Below are positions 20,134 to 32,143 of a DNA stretch of 64,000 nucleotides, piece by piece. Below the pieces are notes generated by a model. The model had not been told where the DNA came from, made no database searches, and was given only the letters and a program-made list of their open reading frames with translations. The DNA comes from an uncultured Gemmatimonadales bacterium. GTDB lineage: Bacteria; Gemmatimonadota; Gemmatimonadetes; Gemmatimonadales; Gemmatimonadaceae. The stretch spans positions 3,008,001-3,072,000 of the forward strand of contig CAWKMU010000003.1 in assembly GCA_963850905.1 (NCBI GenBank), read 5' to 3'. Position numbers and translations under genes: made by a program. The number at the start of each line of letters is the position of its first letter. Positions within the stretch are counted from its first letter, which is position 1.

Positions 20134-22203
20134 ATGGCATCCCTGTACCGGGCTAGCCGTTGGCTGCGGCGCCCGATCGCCGGCAAGCCAGCGGGAACGG
20201 CGTGGTTCGCCGTCGTCGCGCTGGCCGCGGCGGCCTGCGCACACCCCAACGCATCGACGGGCACGCCCGCGCCGTCGAATACTGCGAACAAAGAGAACAT
20301 CGCTGGCATGTGCGCGGTCGATAATTGTGATCGCTCGTCGGTTGCACCCAACCCCGATCCGCGGGTCGGTCTGAAGGCTGGTCTCTGGGATGCCGGACAG
20401 GCTGAGTGGAACATGCACCTCCTGTCCAACAGCCGGCCGACCGAGGGCTTCCAAGGGAAGACGAACTCGGATCTCGCATTCCTCGGCAACTACGTCATTC
20501 AAGGGAGCTACAACGGGTACCAGGTGTGGGACATTTCGGACCCGTCCCATCCAACGCTGAAGACGGCGTTTGTATGTCCCGCGTCGCAAAGCGACGTGTC
20601 CGTGTACAAGAACTTGCTCTTCGAGTCCTCCGAAGCGCCCACCGCGCGCCTCGACTGCGGCGCCAATGCTCCCAAGGACACCGTGAGCTTGGAGCGCATC
20701 CGGGGCATCAGAATCTGGGACATTAGCGACATCGCGCATCCGAAGAACATCGCCAACGTCCAGACATGCCGAGGGTCGCACACGCACACCTTGTTGGTCG
20801 ATCCGAAGGACCCCAACGACGTCTACGTCTATATCTCCGGTTCGGCGGGAGTTCGCTCGCCGTCCGAAATGGCGGGGTGCGTTAGCGCCAATCCTGACCA
20901 AGACCCCAATTCCGCAAGATTCCGCATCGAGGTCGTGAAGGTTCCGCTCGCGCATCCCGAGCAGGCCGCAATTGTGAGCTCGCCGCGCATCTTCGAGGGC
21001 CTCGCGCAGGTCCCGACCCACGGTCTCGCGCCGCAGGATATCGCCAATGTAGCCAAGGCCCGCGCCAACGGGGGCTTTGTCGCAAGCTTCGGCGGCGGGC
21101 AGCCGCAGGTCATGAATGGGCGGTTCGTCAACCCGGTCCTGGACAGCATCGCCAAGGTGAATGGCCGTACCGCGCCAAACGGGGCTGATAGCGCGTACGT
21201 GCGCGAGCACCTGCAGGAGATCGTAAACCGACGGTTTGCGATCCAGGGTCCGCGCGTCCTGGGCACGAGCTGCCACGACATCACGGTGTATCCGCAGATC
21301 GGCCTGGCGGGTGGCGCGTGCGAAGGGCATGGCCTCCTGCTCGACATCAGCGATCCGACTCATCCGGTCCGTCTGGATGCGGCTTCCGACTCGAACTTCT
21401 CGTATTGGCACTCGGCCACGTTCAACAACGACGGTACCAAGCTGTTGTTCTCGGACGAGTGGGGCGGTGGCGGCGCACCGAAGTGCCGGGCGAGCGACCC
21501 GCGTGATTGGGGCGCCGACGCGATCTTCACGATCGTGAACCACAAACTGGTCTTCCAGAACTACTACAAGCTGCCCGCTCCGCAAACGGCACAGGAGAAC
21601 TGTGTCGCGCACAACGGCTCGCTCATCCCGATTCCGGGCCGCGATGTGATGGTGCAGGCATGGTATCAGGGTGGCATCTCGGTGTTTGACTGGACCGATC
21701 CCAAGCACCCCACAGAAATTGCCTTCTTCGATCGTGGCCCGGTCGATTCGACCCGGATGGCGAGTGGTGGCTCCTGGTCCGCGTACTGGTACAACGGCGT
21801 CATCGTGAGCTCGGAGATTGCGCGTGGCCTGGACATCCTCGAGCTGAAGCCGAGCGTCCTCCTCTCGCAGAATGAGATCGACGCCGCGAAGTCCGTGAAG
21901 TTCGATGAGTTCAACACGCAGGGACAGCCGGCGCTGGTGTGGCCGACCACGTTCGTGCTGGCTGGCGCGTACCTCGACCAGCTCGAGCGGTCGAAGGGGT
22001 TGAGCTCCGGCCAGATCTCCTCTGTCCGCGGCAGCCTTGCGAGTGCAGAGAAGGCGAGTGGCACGGCCCGGCGTGATGCGCTCTCGCAGCTTGCCACCCA
22101 GTTGGATGGTGATGCACAGAATTCGACGGATGCCGCAAAGGTCCGGAAGCTCTCAGGTACCGTCCGCGATCTGGCTTCCACAGCCACGGCCAACTCGAAC
22201 TGA
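20134..22203 (+). CDS. LVIVD-repeat beta-propeller lipoprotein, paralog 1 (intact)
   Basis: Lipobox AAAC; NPDPRVGL, QSDVSVY, GSHTHT, CHDIT, WHSATF, DEWGGG, NCVAHNGS and WSAYWYNG; helical C-terminal domain. Confidence 0.85.
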   Translation: MASLYRASRWLRRPIAGKPAGTAWFAVVALAAAACAHPNASTGTPAPSNTANKENIAGMCAVDNCDRSSVAPNPDPRVGLKAGLWDAGQAEWNMHLLSNSRPTEGFQGKTNSDLAFLGNYVIQGSYNGYQVWDISDPSHPTLKTAFVCPASQSDVSVYKNLLFESSEAPTARLDCGANAPKDTVSLERIRGIRIWDISDIAHPKNIANVQTCRGSHTHTLLVDPKDPNDVYVYISGSAGVRSPSEMAGCVSANPDQDPNSARFRIEVVKVPLAHPEQAAIVSSPRIFEGLAQVPTHGLAPQDIANVAKARANGGFVASFGGGQPQVMNGRFVNPVLDSIAKVNGRTAPNGADSAYVREHLQEIVNRRFAIQGPRVLGTSCHDITVYPQIGLAGGACEGHGLLLDISDPTHPVRLDAASDSNFSYWHSATFNNDGTKLLFSDEWGGGGAPKCRASDPRDWGADAIFTIVNHKLVFQNYYKLPAPQTAQENCVAHNGSLIPIPGRDVMVQAWYQGGISVFDWTDPKHPTEIAFFDRGPVDSTRMASGGSWSAYWYNGVIVSSEIARGLDILELKPSVLLSQNEIDAAKSVKFDEFNTQGQPALVWPTTFVLAGAYLDQLERSKGLSSGQISSVRGSLASAEKASGTARRDALSQLATQLDGDAQNSTDAAKVRKLSGTVRDLASTATANSN

Positions 22204-22328
22204 GCCTGGCCGAGCACGCTGCCGAATCTTCGGACGCCAGTGCGCCGTATTTGTTGACGCGCGCACTGGCGCCCGACCCGGGCCCATGTGGCCGTGTGGC
22301 TTTACTCCTCTTCACTTCAGGATCAACA

Positions 22329-24321
22329 ATGGGCCCCGTATCTCTCGTTGACCGGTCGCCGCGGCGAACGGCCGTGTCAGCCCGGCATTCGGTGGTGCTA
22401 TCAATGGCCGCACTGGCTCTCTCGGCGTGCGCGCACTCAATGGCATCGACAGGCAGCACGTCCCCCGTGCCCGCGGCCGACATGTCCACAACGGCACCCA
22501 ACCCGGACCCGCGTGTCGGCCTCAAAGCTGGCGTCTGGGACGCTGGTACCGCCGAGTGGAACATGCACCTGCTCTCCAACACGCGGCCGTCGGAAGGATT
22601 CGACGGCAAGACCAACTCGGACATGGCGTTCTATGGCAATTACGTCATCCAGGGGAGCTACAACGGGATTCAGATCTGGGATATCTCCAATCCAGCTCAC
22701 CCGACGCTCAAGAAGGCGTTTGCCTGTCCTGCGTCCCAAAGCGACGTCTCGGTCTACAAGAACTTCGATGTTCCAGTCCGCCGAGTCGGAAACCGCAAGG
22801 CTCGACTGCGGTGCGCAAGCGCCCAAGGACACCGTGAGCACGGAACGCTTGCGCGGCCTGCGCATCCTGGACATCACCGACATCTCGAACCCGAAACCGA
22901 TCACCACGATTCAGACGTGTCGTGGCTCGCACACGCACACACTGCTGGTTGATCCCAAAGACCCCGACAACGTCTACGTCTACATCTCTGGTTCGGCCCC
23001 CATTCGCCCCGCAAGCGAACTGCCGGGCTGCGTGAAGGTCGCCCCCTCGAAGGACCCAAACTCCGCACTCTTCCGCATCGAAGTCATCAAGGTCCCGCTG
23101 GCGCACCCTGAGCAGGCGGCGATCGTCAGTTCGCCCCGCATTTTCAACGACCTCGGACAGGTGGGCTCGCACGGACTAAGCCCAGAGGAAAAGGCCGAGG
23201 TAGCCAAGGGGGCGTTCGTTGCCGATATGATGGGCGAGAAGATGATCATCCCATCAGGCTTCATCAATCCGATGCTGGACAGCATGGTCAAGGCTCGCGG
23301 CGGATCCGGCCCACCGACCGCCGCTGACAGCCAGGCGCTTCGGGACGCGATCCCGGGCATGGTGGCAAAGATGATGGGCGACTCGCCGGGCCTGGGTACC
23401 AGCTGCCACGACATCACCGTGTTCCCGCAGATCGGTCTGGCAGGTGGCGCGTGCGAGGGGCACGGTCTGCTCCTCGATATCAGCAATCCGACGAATCCGG
23501 TCCGCATCGACGCGGCCGCCGATACCAACTTCTCGTATTGGCATTCCGCCACGTTCAACAACGACGGGACAAAGCTGCTGTTCTCCGACGAGTGGGGCGG
23601 CGGCGGAGCGCCCAAGTGTCGCGCCACCGACCCCAAGGAGTGGGGTGCCGACGCGATCTTCACGATCGTGAACCGCAAGCTCGTCTTCCAGAGCTATTAC
23701 AAGCTGCCAGCTCCGCAAACCGCGCAAGAGAACTGCGTCGCGCATAACGGATCCCTCATCCCGGTGCCCGGCCGCGACATCATGGTGCAGGCCTGGTATC
23801 AGGGCGGGGTCTCCGTGTTCGACTGGACGGACGCGAAGCACCCGAAGGAAATCGCCTTCTTCGATCGTGGCCCGGTGGACTCCACCCGAATGGAAATGGG
23901 TGGTAGCTGGTCGGCCTATTGGTACAACGGCGTCATCGTGAGCTCCGAGATTCGCCGCGGCCTGGACATCTTCGAGCTCCGGCCCAGCGGACTCCTCTCG
24001 CAGAACGAGATCAACGCCGCGAAGTCTGTGCGCTTCGACGAGTTCAATACGCAGGGACAACCGAAGCTGGTGTGGCCCGCGAGCTTCGTGCTCGCTGGCG
24101 CGTACGTCGACCAGCTGGCGCGCTCGAATGGGCTGCCGGCCGATCAGATTTCCGGCATCCGCCAGTCGCTGTCGAGCGCCGAGAAAGCCTCGGGCGCCGC
24201 ACGGCGTGATGCGTTGAACAAGTTGGCGTCGCAACTCGACGGCAATGCGTCGAGCGCCGCCAATGCCGCCAAGGTCCGCACGCTGGCCAGTACGGTTCGC
24301 GAACTGGCCTCCAACTCATAA
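22329..24321 (+). pseudogene. LVIVD-repeat lipoprotein, paralog 2, +1 frameshift near 22766
   Basis: Two overlapping ORFs cover the full homolog. aacttcgatgttc minus one C gives the N-L-M-F seen in paralog 4 (N-L-L-F in paralogs 1 and 3). Confidence 0.8.
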
Positions 24322-24338
24322 CGGAGTAGGAAACACGT

Positions 24339-26382
24339 ATGGTTTGCTTCCACCGTTCGAGCCGCCGAGTGCTCGGCGCCAAGTATGGTCTCTCGCTCTT
24401 GGCAGCGAGCGGCGCGTTCGTCGTCTCCGGCTGTATGTCGGGGGGCGGCTCGCACGCTGGAAGCCCTCCAGCACCGAAAGCGGACATGTCTCAAACGCCG
24501 CCCAACCCAGATCCGCGCGTCGGACTCCACGCCGGACTCTGGACGGCAGGGCAGGCCCAGTGGAACATGCAACTCGTGTCCACCTCGCGTCCGACGGGAT
24601 CATTCCTCGGACAGACGAACTCCGACTTGGCGTTCATCGGCTCGTACGCCATCCAGGGTAATTACAACGGGATTCAGGTCTGGGATATCTCGAACCCGAG
24701 TCATCCGGCCTTGAAAACAGGGTGGGTCTGCCCGGCGAATCAGGGCGACGTGTCGGTCTACAAGAATCTCTTATTCGTGTCCGCGGAGGCACCGACAGCG
24801 CGAATCGACTGCAGCGCGGAGGCTCCAAAGGACACCGTGAGCAAGGAAAGGCTGCGCGGCATCCGGATCGTTGATATCAGTGACATCGCACACCCCAAGA
24901 CGATCACCACGGTCCAGACCTGTCGCGGGTCGCACACGCACACGCTCGTCGTCGATCCAAAGGATCCCGACGACGTCTACATCTACGTGTCCGGCTCGTC
25001 GTTCGTGCGCCCGCCAGCTGAGAATGGCTGGTTGCGTTAGCGCGACGCCGGACCAGGACCGGAACTCAGCGCTGTTCCGTATTGAGGTCATCAAGGTCCC
25101 AGTCGCGCATCCCGAGCAAGCGGCAATTGTGAGCTCGGCCCACATTTTCGAGGGCTTGGGCGATGCACCGAGCCATGGACAGGCGTCGGCGGATATCGCT
25201 GTAGCGCAGGCAATGCGCGCCAAGGGCGGGTTCACAGCCATGATCTTTGGTGATGTGGACACGATTCCCTCGAGGATGATCAACCCGCTTCTCGATAGCA
25301 TGGTGAAGGCACGGGGTGGCAACGGAGCGCCGACGGCGGCCGATAGTGCGAACCTTCGTGGCCAGCTGCAGGGCATGGTCGACAAGATGGTTGCCGAGGA
25401 ATGCCCGGGGTGTAAGGCGGGTGGAAATGGCATTACGGCAACGTCGTGCCACGACATCACGGTCTATCCACAGATCGGTCTCGCCGGCGGCGCATGCGAA
25501 GGATTTGGCATGCTGCTCGATATCAGCGATCCGGCACACCCCAGTCGCTTGGACGCCGTTTCTGACTCCAATTTTTCGTACTGGCACTCAGCCACCTTCA
25601 GCAACGACGGGACGAAGCTGCTTTTCTCCGATGAATGGGGTGGTGGCGGAGCGCCGAAGTGCCGCGCGACAGATCCGCACAATTGGGGTGCCGACGCGAT
25701 TTTCACGATCGTGAACCACAAGCTCGTCTTCCAGAGCTATTACAAGATGTTGGCGCCACAAACACCGGAAGAAAACTGCGTGGCACACAACGGGTCGCTG
25801 ATCCCGATTCCGGGACGCGACGTCATGGTGCAGGCGTGGTACCAGGGCGGCGTGTCGGTCTTTGACTGGACCGACCCAAAGCATCCGACCGAAATCGCGT
25901 TCTTCGACCGCGGACCGGTTGACTCGACGAAGCTCGCGGACGGCGGGTTCTGGTCCGCGTACTGGTACAACGGATACATCGTCGGGTCCGAAATCGCTCG
26001 GGGACTCGATATTCTCGCGTTGAAGCCCAGCTACTGGATCTCGCAGAACGAGCTCGATGCGGCGAAGTCCGTTCGATTCGATGAGTTCAACACGCAAGGC
26101 CAGCCACGGCTCGTCTGGCCAGCCACTTTTGCGTTGGCGGGCGCCTATCTCGATCAGCTCGCGCGATCCAACGGGCTGCCTGCCGACCAGATCGACGCGG
26201 CGAGGAAGTCACTGGCAAGCGCTGAGAAGGCGAGCGGCGGCAGTCGGCGCGACGCGCTCACGCAACTGGCAACGCAGCTGGATGGCGAAGCCCAATCGGC
26301 ACCGGACGCGGGAAAGGTTCATAAGCTCGCGTCCACCGTTCGCGACCTGGCAACGACATCCACGGCATCTGTGTCGAACTGA
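24339..26382 (+). pseudogene. LVIVD-repeat lipoprotein, paralog 3, +1 frameshift near 25024
   Basis: gagaatggct minus one A restores E-M-A-G-C as in paralog 1; all family motifs present. Confidence 0.8.
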
Positions 26383-26402
26383 CCACCGATCCGACCCCCC
26401 TC

Positions 26403-28440
26403 ATGCGAGATTCGTCTATGTCATCCGCTCAACGTCCGAGCCCCTCCCTCCGCGGGTCTAACACTGGCAGTTGGCTGTCGCTGGTACTGGTGGCGAGCGC
26501 TGTTGCGGTTACGGCGTGTGCGCACTCGGCGGCGACACCGGCCGGTACCGCGCCGGCGCCGCAGGCCGATATGTCGATGGCGCCGCCGAACCCCGATCCG
26601 CGTTCGGGACTCAAGGGCGGTCTGTGGGATGCCGGCCAGGCCGAGTGGAACATGCACCTCGTTTCCAACACACGCCCTTCCGAGATGGCCAAGGGGAACT
26701 CCGACCTGGCATTCATCGGCAACTACGTGATCCAGGGGGGCTTCAACGGCGTGCAGATCTGGGACATCTCGGACGCGGCGCATCCGACCCTGAAGACGGC
26801 GTACGTGTGTCCGGCCTCCCAGAGCGACGTATCGGTCTACAAGAACCTCATGTTCGTCTCGGCTGAGGCTCCGACCGCACGGATCGACTGTGGGCCGGCC
26901 GGCGTTAAGGACACGGTGAGCGAAGACCGACTTCGCGGCCTTCGGATCGTAGACATCAGCGACATCACACACCCGCGAACGGTCGCGACCGTCCAGACCT
27001 GCCGTGGCTCGCACACGCACACGCTGGTGGTCGATCCCAAGGATCACGATAACGTCTACGTCTACATATCGGGTTCCTCGTTCGTGCGGTCTCCAAACGA
27101 GTTGGCCGGCTGCGTGAGCGCCAACCCGGACCAGGACCCCAATTCGGCGAAGTTTCGCATCGAGGTGATCAAGATTCCGCTTGCGCATCCCGAGCAGGCG
27201 GCAATTGTGAGCTCCGCTCATATCTTCAGTGGCCTGACCGTGGCTCCCATTCACGCGGAAACGCCGGTCGAGCGCGACGCAGCAGCGGCCGCGCGTGCCA
27301 AGGGCGAGTTCACAGCCAAGGTCATATGGGACGAGGAAGTCTTCCCGCCCGCGATGATCAATCCATTGCTCGACAGCCTCGTGAAGGCACGCGGCGGCAC
27401 CGGGGCGCCGACCGCCGCCGACAGCGCGACCCTTCGAGCGTCACTGCAGCAAATCATTGACAAGCGGTATCAGGCCATGATGCCGGGGATCATGCCGAAC
27501 GGAGGCGGGATCACCGCGACCTCGTGCCACGACATCACGGTGTATCCAGCAGATCGGCCTGGCCGGGGGCGCCTGTGAGGGCTATGGCATGCTCCTCGAC
27601 ATCAGCGACGTCCAGCACCCCCAACGACTCGCTGCCGTGTCCGACTCGAACTTCTCCTACTGGCACTCGGCCACGTTCAACAACGGCGGTACGAAGCTTC
27701 TTTTCTCCGACGAGTGGGGCGGTGGTGGTGCGGCCAAGTGTCGCGCGACCGATCCGAAGAACTGGGGCGGCGACGCGATCTTCACCATCGAGAATCGCCA
27801 GCTGGTGTTTCAGAGCTACTACAAACTGCCAGCAGCTATCTCGAAGTTTGCAAACTGCGTGGCGCACAACGGGTCGCTGATCCCGATCCCGGGTCGTGAC
27901 GTCATGGCGCAGGCCTGGTACCAGGGTGGCGTTTCGGTCTTCGACTGGACGGATCCCAAGCATCCCACCGAGATTGCGTACTTCGCTCGGGGCCCGATCG
28001 ACACCACGCGGCTCTCCGGCGGCGGGTACTGGTCGACATACTGGTATAATGGCTACATCGTCGGTTCCGAGATTCGCCGCGGGCTGGACATGCTCGAGCT
28101 CAAGCCGAGCGCCTGGGTCTCACAGAACGAGATCGACGCCGCCAAGTCGGTCCACTTCGACGAGTTCAACACACAGGGGCAGCCACAGCTCGTCTGGCCG
28201 ACGACGTTCACACTGGCGCGCGCCTACGTCGACCAACTCGAGCGGTCGAAGGGCCTCGACGCAAGTCACATCGCGGCAACACGCAAGGCGCTGGCGAACG
28301 CCGAACAGGCCAGCGGTGGAGCTCGCCGCAATGCGTTGACGCAGCTCGCGACACAGTTGGATGCCGAGGCGCAGGCGTCGTCTAATACGGCGAAAGTACA
28401 AACGCTGGCCAAGACGGTGCGCGACCTGGCAGCGATGTAA
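26403..28440 (+). pseudogene. LVIVD-repeat lipoprotein, paralog 4, +1 frameshift near 27548
   Basis: tatccagcagatc minus one base restores Y-P-Q-I-G; all family motifs present. Confidence 0.8.
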
Positions 28441-28473
28441 CACTGGGCGGCGGGTTCGAGGGCGGGAGGGCGA

Positions 28474-28650
28474 CGACGGCAATCGAAAAAAGGGGTGGCC
28501 TGAAGGCCACCCCTACATGTTGCTGCGGCGGTGCTGGTTCCGAATTGGTCGACATGCTCATCAATCGTTGGAAACGCTCCGAAAGCCAATCATGCACGCC
28601 GACATGTAGGGGCGGCCGTCAGGCCGCCCCTTTTTTTGCGGTTGCCGCCG
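28474..28650. repeat. Inverted pair of GTAG REP hairpins with poly-T/A tails (REP doublet, bidirectional terminator)
   Basis: aaaaaaggggtggcc-tgaa-ggccacccctac (28486-28516) is the inverted counterpart of gtaggggcggcc-gtca-ggccgcccctttttt (28606-28637). It lies between convergent genes. Confidence 0.8.
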
Positions 28651-28688
28651 GCGTGCCCCTGTGACCCTCGACGGCTGACCGTTGATGG

Positions 28689-29519
28689 TCAGGCCTTCGT
28701 CGGATGTCCCTTTCTTGATGGCACAAACAACGCCGAGTCCAGCGCCACGTTCGTCTGGGCGTCCGAGTATTCCTCCTGCTGGCGGAGCTTGCCGTCCCTG
28801 TAGAACTCCACGCGTTCCGATAGCCACCCGCCGCTGGGCATCTCCACGTAGTTCTCGAAGCGGGTATCGTTTGTCTTGGTGGAATCCTTACCCGCTGCAG
28901 GGCCGAGCGCTCGCACGAACAGCAGGCGATCCTTGTCGATCCAGATCTGGCGCGACGTCGTGTCGCCGGCCGCCGCGCCGATCACGTACACCGGTCGGCC
29001 CTCCCACGTATCCTCATGGACAGGCGCCATCGAGTATTTCTCAGCGTGCAGTGACGACACCGTCTGGTCGACCGGTTGTCGATATACATCGAACCCGATG
29101 GTGAGGAGATAGTTGCCGCCAGCGTGGCGGGCGATGCTGTCAGGGTAGACGATATAGGTCGAGTCGTGGGCGAAGATGATCGTGAGGTCGCCCTTCTTGC
29201 GCTCCATGTCGATGCGGAGCTTGCCCGGCACCATCGCCTTCTCCCGCCAGGTCTCGATGGCCATGGTGTCTGCCGGCGTCCGAAGCGTCGTCTTCTGGGT
29301 GAAGGTCAGGGTGTTGTACCAGGTGCTCGCGTACTTGTCGTGCATCGCGCTGAGCACCTCTTCGCCGCTTTGCGGCGTTGCTGCAGCCAATGCGGACGCC
29401 GCAGGCGCAGCCCCCTGGGTGGATTGGCCCGACTGACAACCAGCGACGGCGGCAGCGAGCACGGCGGTGACTGCGGTTGTCTGGAATCGACGCACATCGG
29501 CGGTGCGAAATGAGTGCAT
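28689..29519 (-). CDS. Hypothetical lipoprotein (LolA-like/lipoprotein-sorting fold possible)
   Basis: Lipobox VAGC; WYNTLTFTQKT, PGKLRID and QIWIDKDRLLFVR motifs. Confidence 0.7.
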   Translation of the reverse strand: MHSFRTADVRRFQTTAVTAVLAAAVAGCQSGQSTQGAAPAASALAAATPQSGEEVLSAMHDKYASTWYNTLTFTQKTTLRTPADTMAIETWREKAMVPGKLRIDMERKKGDLTIIFAHDSTYIVYPDSIARHAGGNYLLTIGFDVYRQPVDQTVSSLHAEKYSMAPVHEDTWEGRPVYVIGAAAGDTTSRQIWIDKDRLLFVRALGPAAGKDSTKTNDTRFENYVEMPSGGWLSERVEFYRDGKLRQQEEYSDAQTNVALDSALFVPSRKGHPTKA

Positions 29520-29599
29520 GAGGGTTTCCAGCGGTGAGTGGGTAAGTGTAGGCCTTTCGACACGCGGACGAGGCTGTACGTTGCCCGCTCAGGCACCGC

Positions 29600-29709
29600 A
29601 CCGGTAGGGGGCGGGTGGTGCGCGCCCGAGAAAGTAGACCTGCAGAGAATGGAAAGTAGACCGGGCGGCCCTTGTTTACTCTACTTTTTTCTGTGCCTTT
29701 ACTCTCTCG
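29600..29709. repeat. Degenerate GTAG REP followed by an AGTAGA/TCTACT heptamer-type inverted repeat
   Basis: accggtagggggcg...cgccc then agaaagtaga...tactctactttttt...tactctctc. Confidence 0.5.
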
Positions 29710-30676
29710 GGCGCGCAGCGCCCGCGCCGCGCCGCTCCACCCAATACCACGAAGCCAGGCCCGGCACGCCCAACAACAACTGCCGAACGCGCCGCGCGAG
29801 GGAGAGCGCAAGGGCGACCTGTGGGCTGAGTCCCAATGCGGCACCGAACAGCAGAAAGCTGCCCTCCTGCGTGCCCAGGCCCGCTGGCACGAGGAACAGG
29901 GCGCTCTGCACCGCGTTTGTCATGCTCTCGAGCACGATGGCCCCGCGGACGGTGGCTGGCGCACCGACGATTCGCAGCATCACCCATGGCTCCAGCGACT
30001 GGAGGAAAAAGCCCGCCAGCTGCCAGGCGCCACAGGCGGCCAGCGCCCGACGGTCGGAAAAGAGCCGCTCGAGCGCATCGTGGAACTTTGCAGCGCCGGC
30101 TTCGGTCGACTCCCGAGTGGCACCCCCGAGCTGCTCCACCATGCGGAGTGCGAAGCCGAATACGCGACGTCCCCAGCGGCGCACGACGAAGATGAACGCC
30201 GGGAGGGCTACGACGCTTGCGAGGAGTGCGATAAGGACGAGCCGGACCGCGCCCTCCGTGCCGCCCGCCTTTGATTGGGTCACCAGCAGCGCCAAGCCCA
30301 CTGCAGCGAACACGGTCTGCGCGGCAATGGTGAGCGACAGTTCGACGATCACGCTCGCGCTGGCGCGCTCGACCGGCACCTGACGCCGGACGAGCAAGCG
30401 AACACCCGCGACCTCACCACCGATTCGCGCGACCGGCAACAGCCCCGCCACTGACTCGCGGACGATCGCACCCCACGTGAGGTAGGCGTTACCGGGCCGG
30501 TCCGCTCCCGCCAGCAGGCTACCCCAGGCGATCCCATAGCAAGCAAGCGGCACGACGTGCACGGGCACCAACCAAAGCAGACGCCAACCGGCCACGCCGA
30601 GCAGCTGCAACACCTGAGGCAGTCCGCTGCGGATGAGCAATGTGGCTGCGACGGCGAGGCCGATCGCGCCGACCAC
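29699..30676 (-). CDS. Lysylphosphatidylglycerol-synthase/flippase-like membrane protein (HpnL-like)
   Basis: Multi-TM; LLPVARIGGEVAGVRL, VPAGLGTQEG and LSLARRVR; divergent from hpnI. The start may be slightly upstream. Confidence 0.75.
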   Translation of the reverse strand: MVGAIGLAVAATLLIRSGLPQVLQLLGVAGWRLLWLVPVHVVPLACYGIAWGSLLAGADRPGNAYLTWGAIVRESVAGLLPVARIGGEVAGVRLLVRRQVPVERASASVIVELSLTIAAQTVFAAVGLALLVTQSKAGGTEGAVRLVLIALLASVVALPAFIFVVRRWGRRVFGFALRMVEQLGGATRESTEAGAAKFHDALERLFSDRRALAACGAWQLAGFFLQSLEPWVMLRIVGAPATVRGAIVLESMTNAVQSALFLVPAGLGTQEGSFLLFGAALGLSPQVALALSLARRVRQLLLGVPGLASWYWVERRGAGAARPRE

Positions 30677-30876
30677 CCAGGCGATCTCGCGGGCGCGAGT
30701 CGAGGATCTGCGTTGACTCGGGGAGTGTGGCAGTGAAACTGCCCTCGAAATGAACGCGTAACGAGACGGAATCGAGCGAGGGTCGCCAGTGCCTCCGTCT
30801 GCTTGACGCCGGTAAGGTTAGTCGGGCGATCGATCTGCGGCACGGGCGCTGGGTGAAGCGGGGAGGTGGCGAAGCG

Positions 30877-32106
30877 ATGGCGTCGACGTTTCAGGGCGCG
30901 CTGCTCATCATCGTGACGAGCTTGGCCATTGCCTCACTCGGCTACGTTACGGCCTGCGTCGTCGTGACGTTCGCATGGGGCCGTCGCGCGCGGAGCGCCC
31001 CCGCATCCGAGATGCCGGCGGTGTCGATCCTCAAGCCTCTCTGCGGGGCGGAGCCGTATCTCGAGGCCAACCTTCGATCGTTTTGTCGCCAGAGCGGCCC
31101 GGGCATAGAGATTCTTTTCGGCGCCCGGGACCCGGATGATCCGGGTCTCGCGATTGCACGCCGCGTGGTGGCCGACTACCCAGCGATCGACGCGCAAGTT
31201 GTCGACGGCGCCCCCGTGCTCGGCCTGAACGCGAAAGTGAATACGCTGGCGCGACTGGCAACGCTGGCGAAACACGAGCTGCTCCTCATCGCCGATAGCG
31301 ACACATTGATCGGCCCCGGCGATCTGGCGCGCACCGTCGCGCCTCTTCACGACGCCTCTGTTGGCGTCGTGAGTTGCCTTTTCCGCGGTCGTCCCACCAA
31401 CACTTTCTGGTCCCGCCTTGGCGCCCTGGGCATCGATGAGTGGTTCATGCCCTCGGTGTTGGTTTCCCGCGCGCTCCAGTCGCCGGCATACTGCTCAGGC
31501 CCGGTGGTCGCGATCCGACGCGACGTCTTGAACGCGGTCGGCGGGTTCGTGGCGCTTGCACCTATGCTGGCAGACGACTATGAGCTGGGGGCTCGCGTTC
31601 GTCAACTCGGGTATCGCAGCGTGATTGCCGAGTGCGAAGTGACGGTGACGGTGCATGAGCGCACCTGGCTGGATCTCCTTCGGCACGAGTTGCGCTGGCT
31701 GCGGACCATTCGCACGGTTGCTCCGCTCGGGCACGGATGCTCGGCCCTGACATACGCGCTGCCGGTCACGCTCATCGCCGCGCTGGTGGCGCGGATGGCG
31801 CCATGGTCCATCGGACTCGTGGCCCTGGCCGTGCTCCTGCGTACCACGCTTCACGCGATCGTCGCATCCGATAAGACGGCAGACGCACCCGGCTGGGGAC
31901 GGGCGGCAATGTGGATGGTCCCTCTGCGCGACATCCTCTCGTTCGCGATGTGGCTCGCGAGCTATGCCAGTCGCACGATCACGTGGCGGGGACGCACAAT
32001 GTGGGTCGGTTCGGATGGCCTCCTTCGCCCCACCGCGGGCCCGGCGCCCCCGAAATCATCCGCCGGTCGTTTCCGCGCGACCGGGCTCCAGTCGCCAGCC
32101 GCCTAG
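30877..32106 (+). CDS. hpnI: Hopanoid-associated GT2 glycosyltransferase HpnI (ceramide glucosyltransferase-like)
   Basis: SILKPLCG, NAKVNTL, IADSD, LADDY and RHELRWLRTIR motifs. Confidence 0.8.
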   Translation: MASTFQGALLIIVTSLAIASLGYVTACVVVTFAWGRRARSAPASEMPAVSILKPLCGAEPYLEANLRSFCRQSGPGIEILFGARDPDDPGLAIARRVVADYPAIDAQVVDGAPVLGLNAKVNTLARLATLAKHELLLIADSDTLIGPGDLARTVAPLHDASVGVVSCLFRGRPTNTFWSRLGALGIDEWFMPSVLVSRALQSPAYCSGPVVAIRRDVLNAVGGFVALAPMLADDYELGARVRQLGYRSVIAECEVTVTVHERTWLDLLRHELRWLRTIRTVAPLGHGCSALTYALPVTLIAALVARMAPWSIGLVALAVLLRTTLHAIVASDKTADAPGWGRAAMWMVPLRDILSFAMWLASYASRTITWRGRTMWVGSDGLLRPTAGPAPPKSSAGRFRATGLQSPAA

Positions 32107-32143
32107 GGCTCGACGGCGCGGACTAGCACCGCAAACTGCCTTG

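Noticed and set aside
22740..27560. Programmed ribosomal frameshifting or phase variation in the LVIVD paralogs
   Set aside because: The shift sites differ in position and sequence, with no slippery heptamer or simple-sequence tract. The same +1 pattern occurs in unrelated genes.
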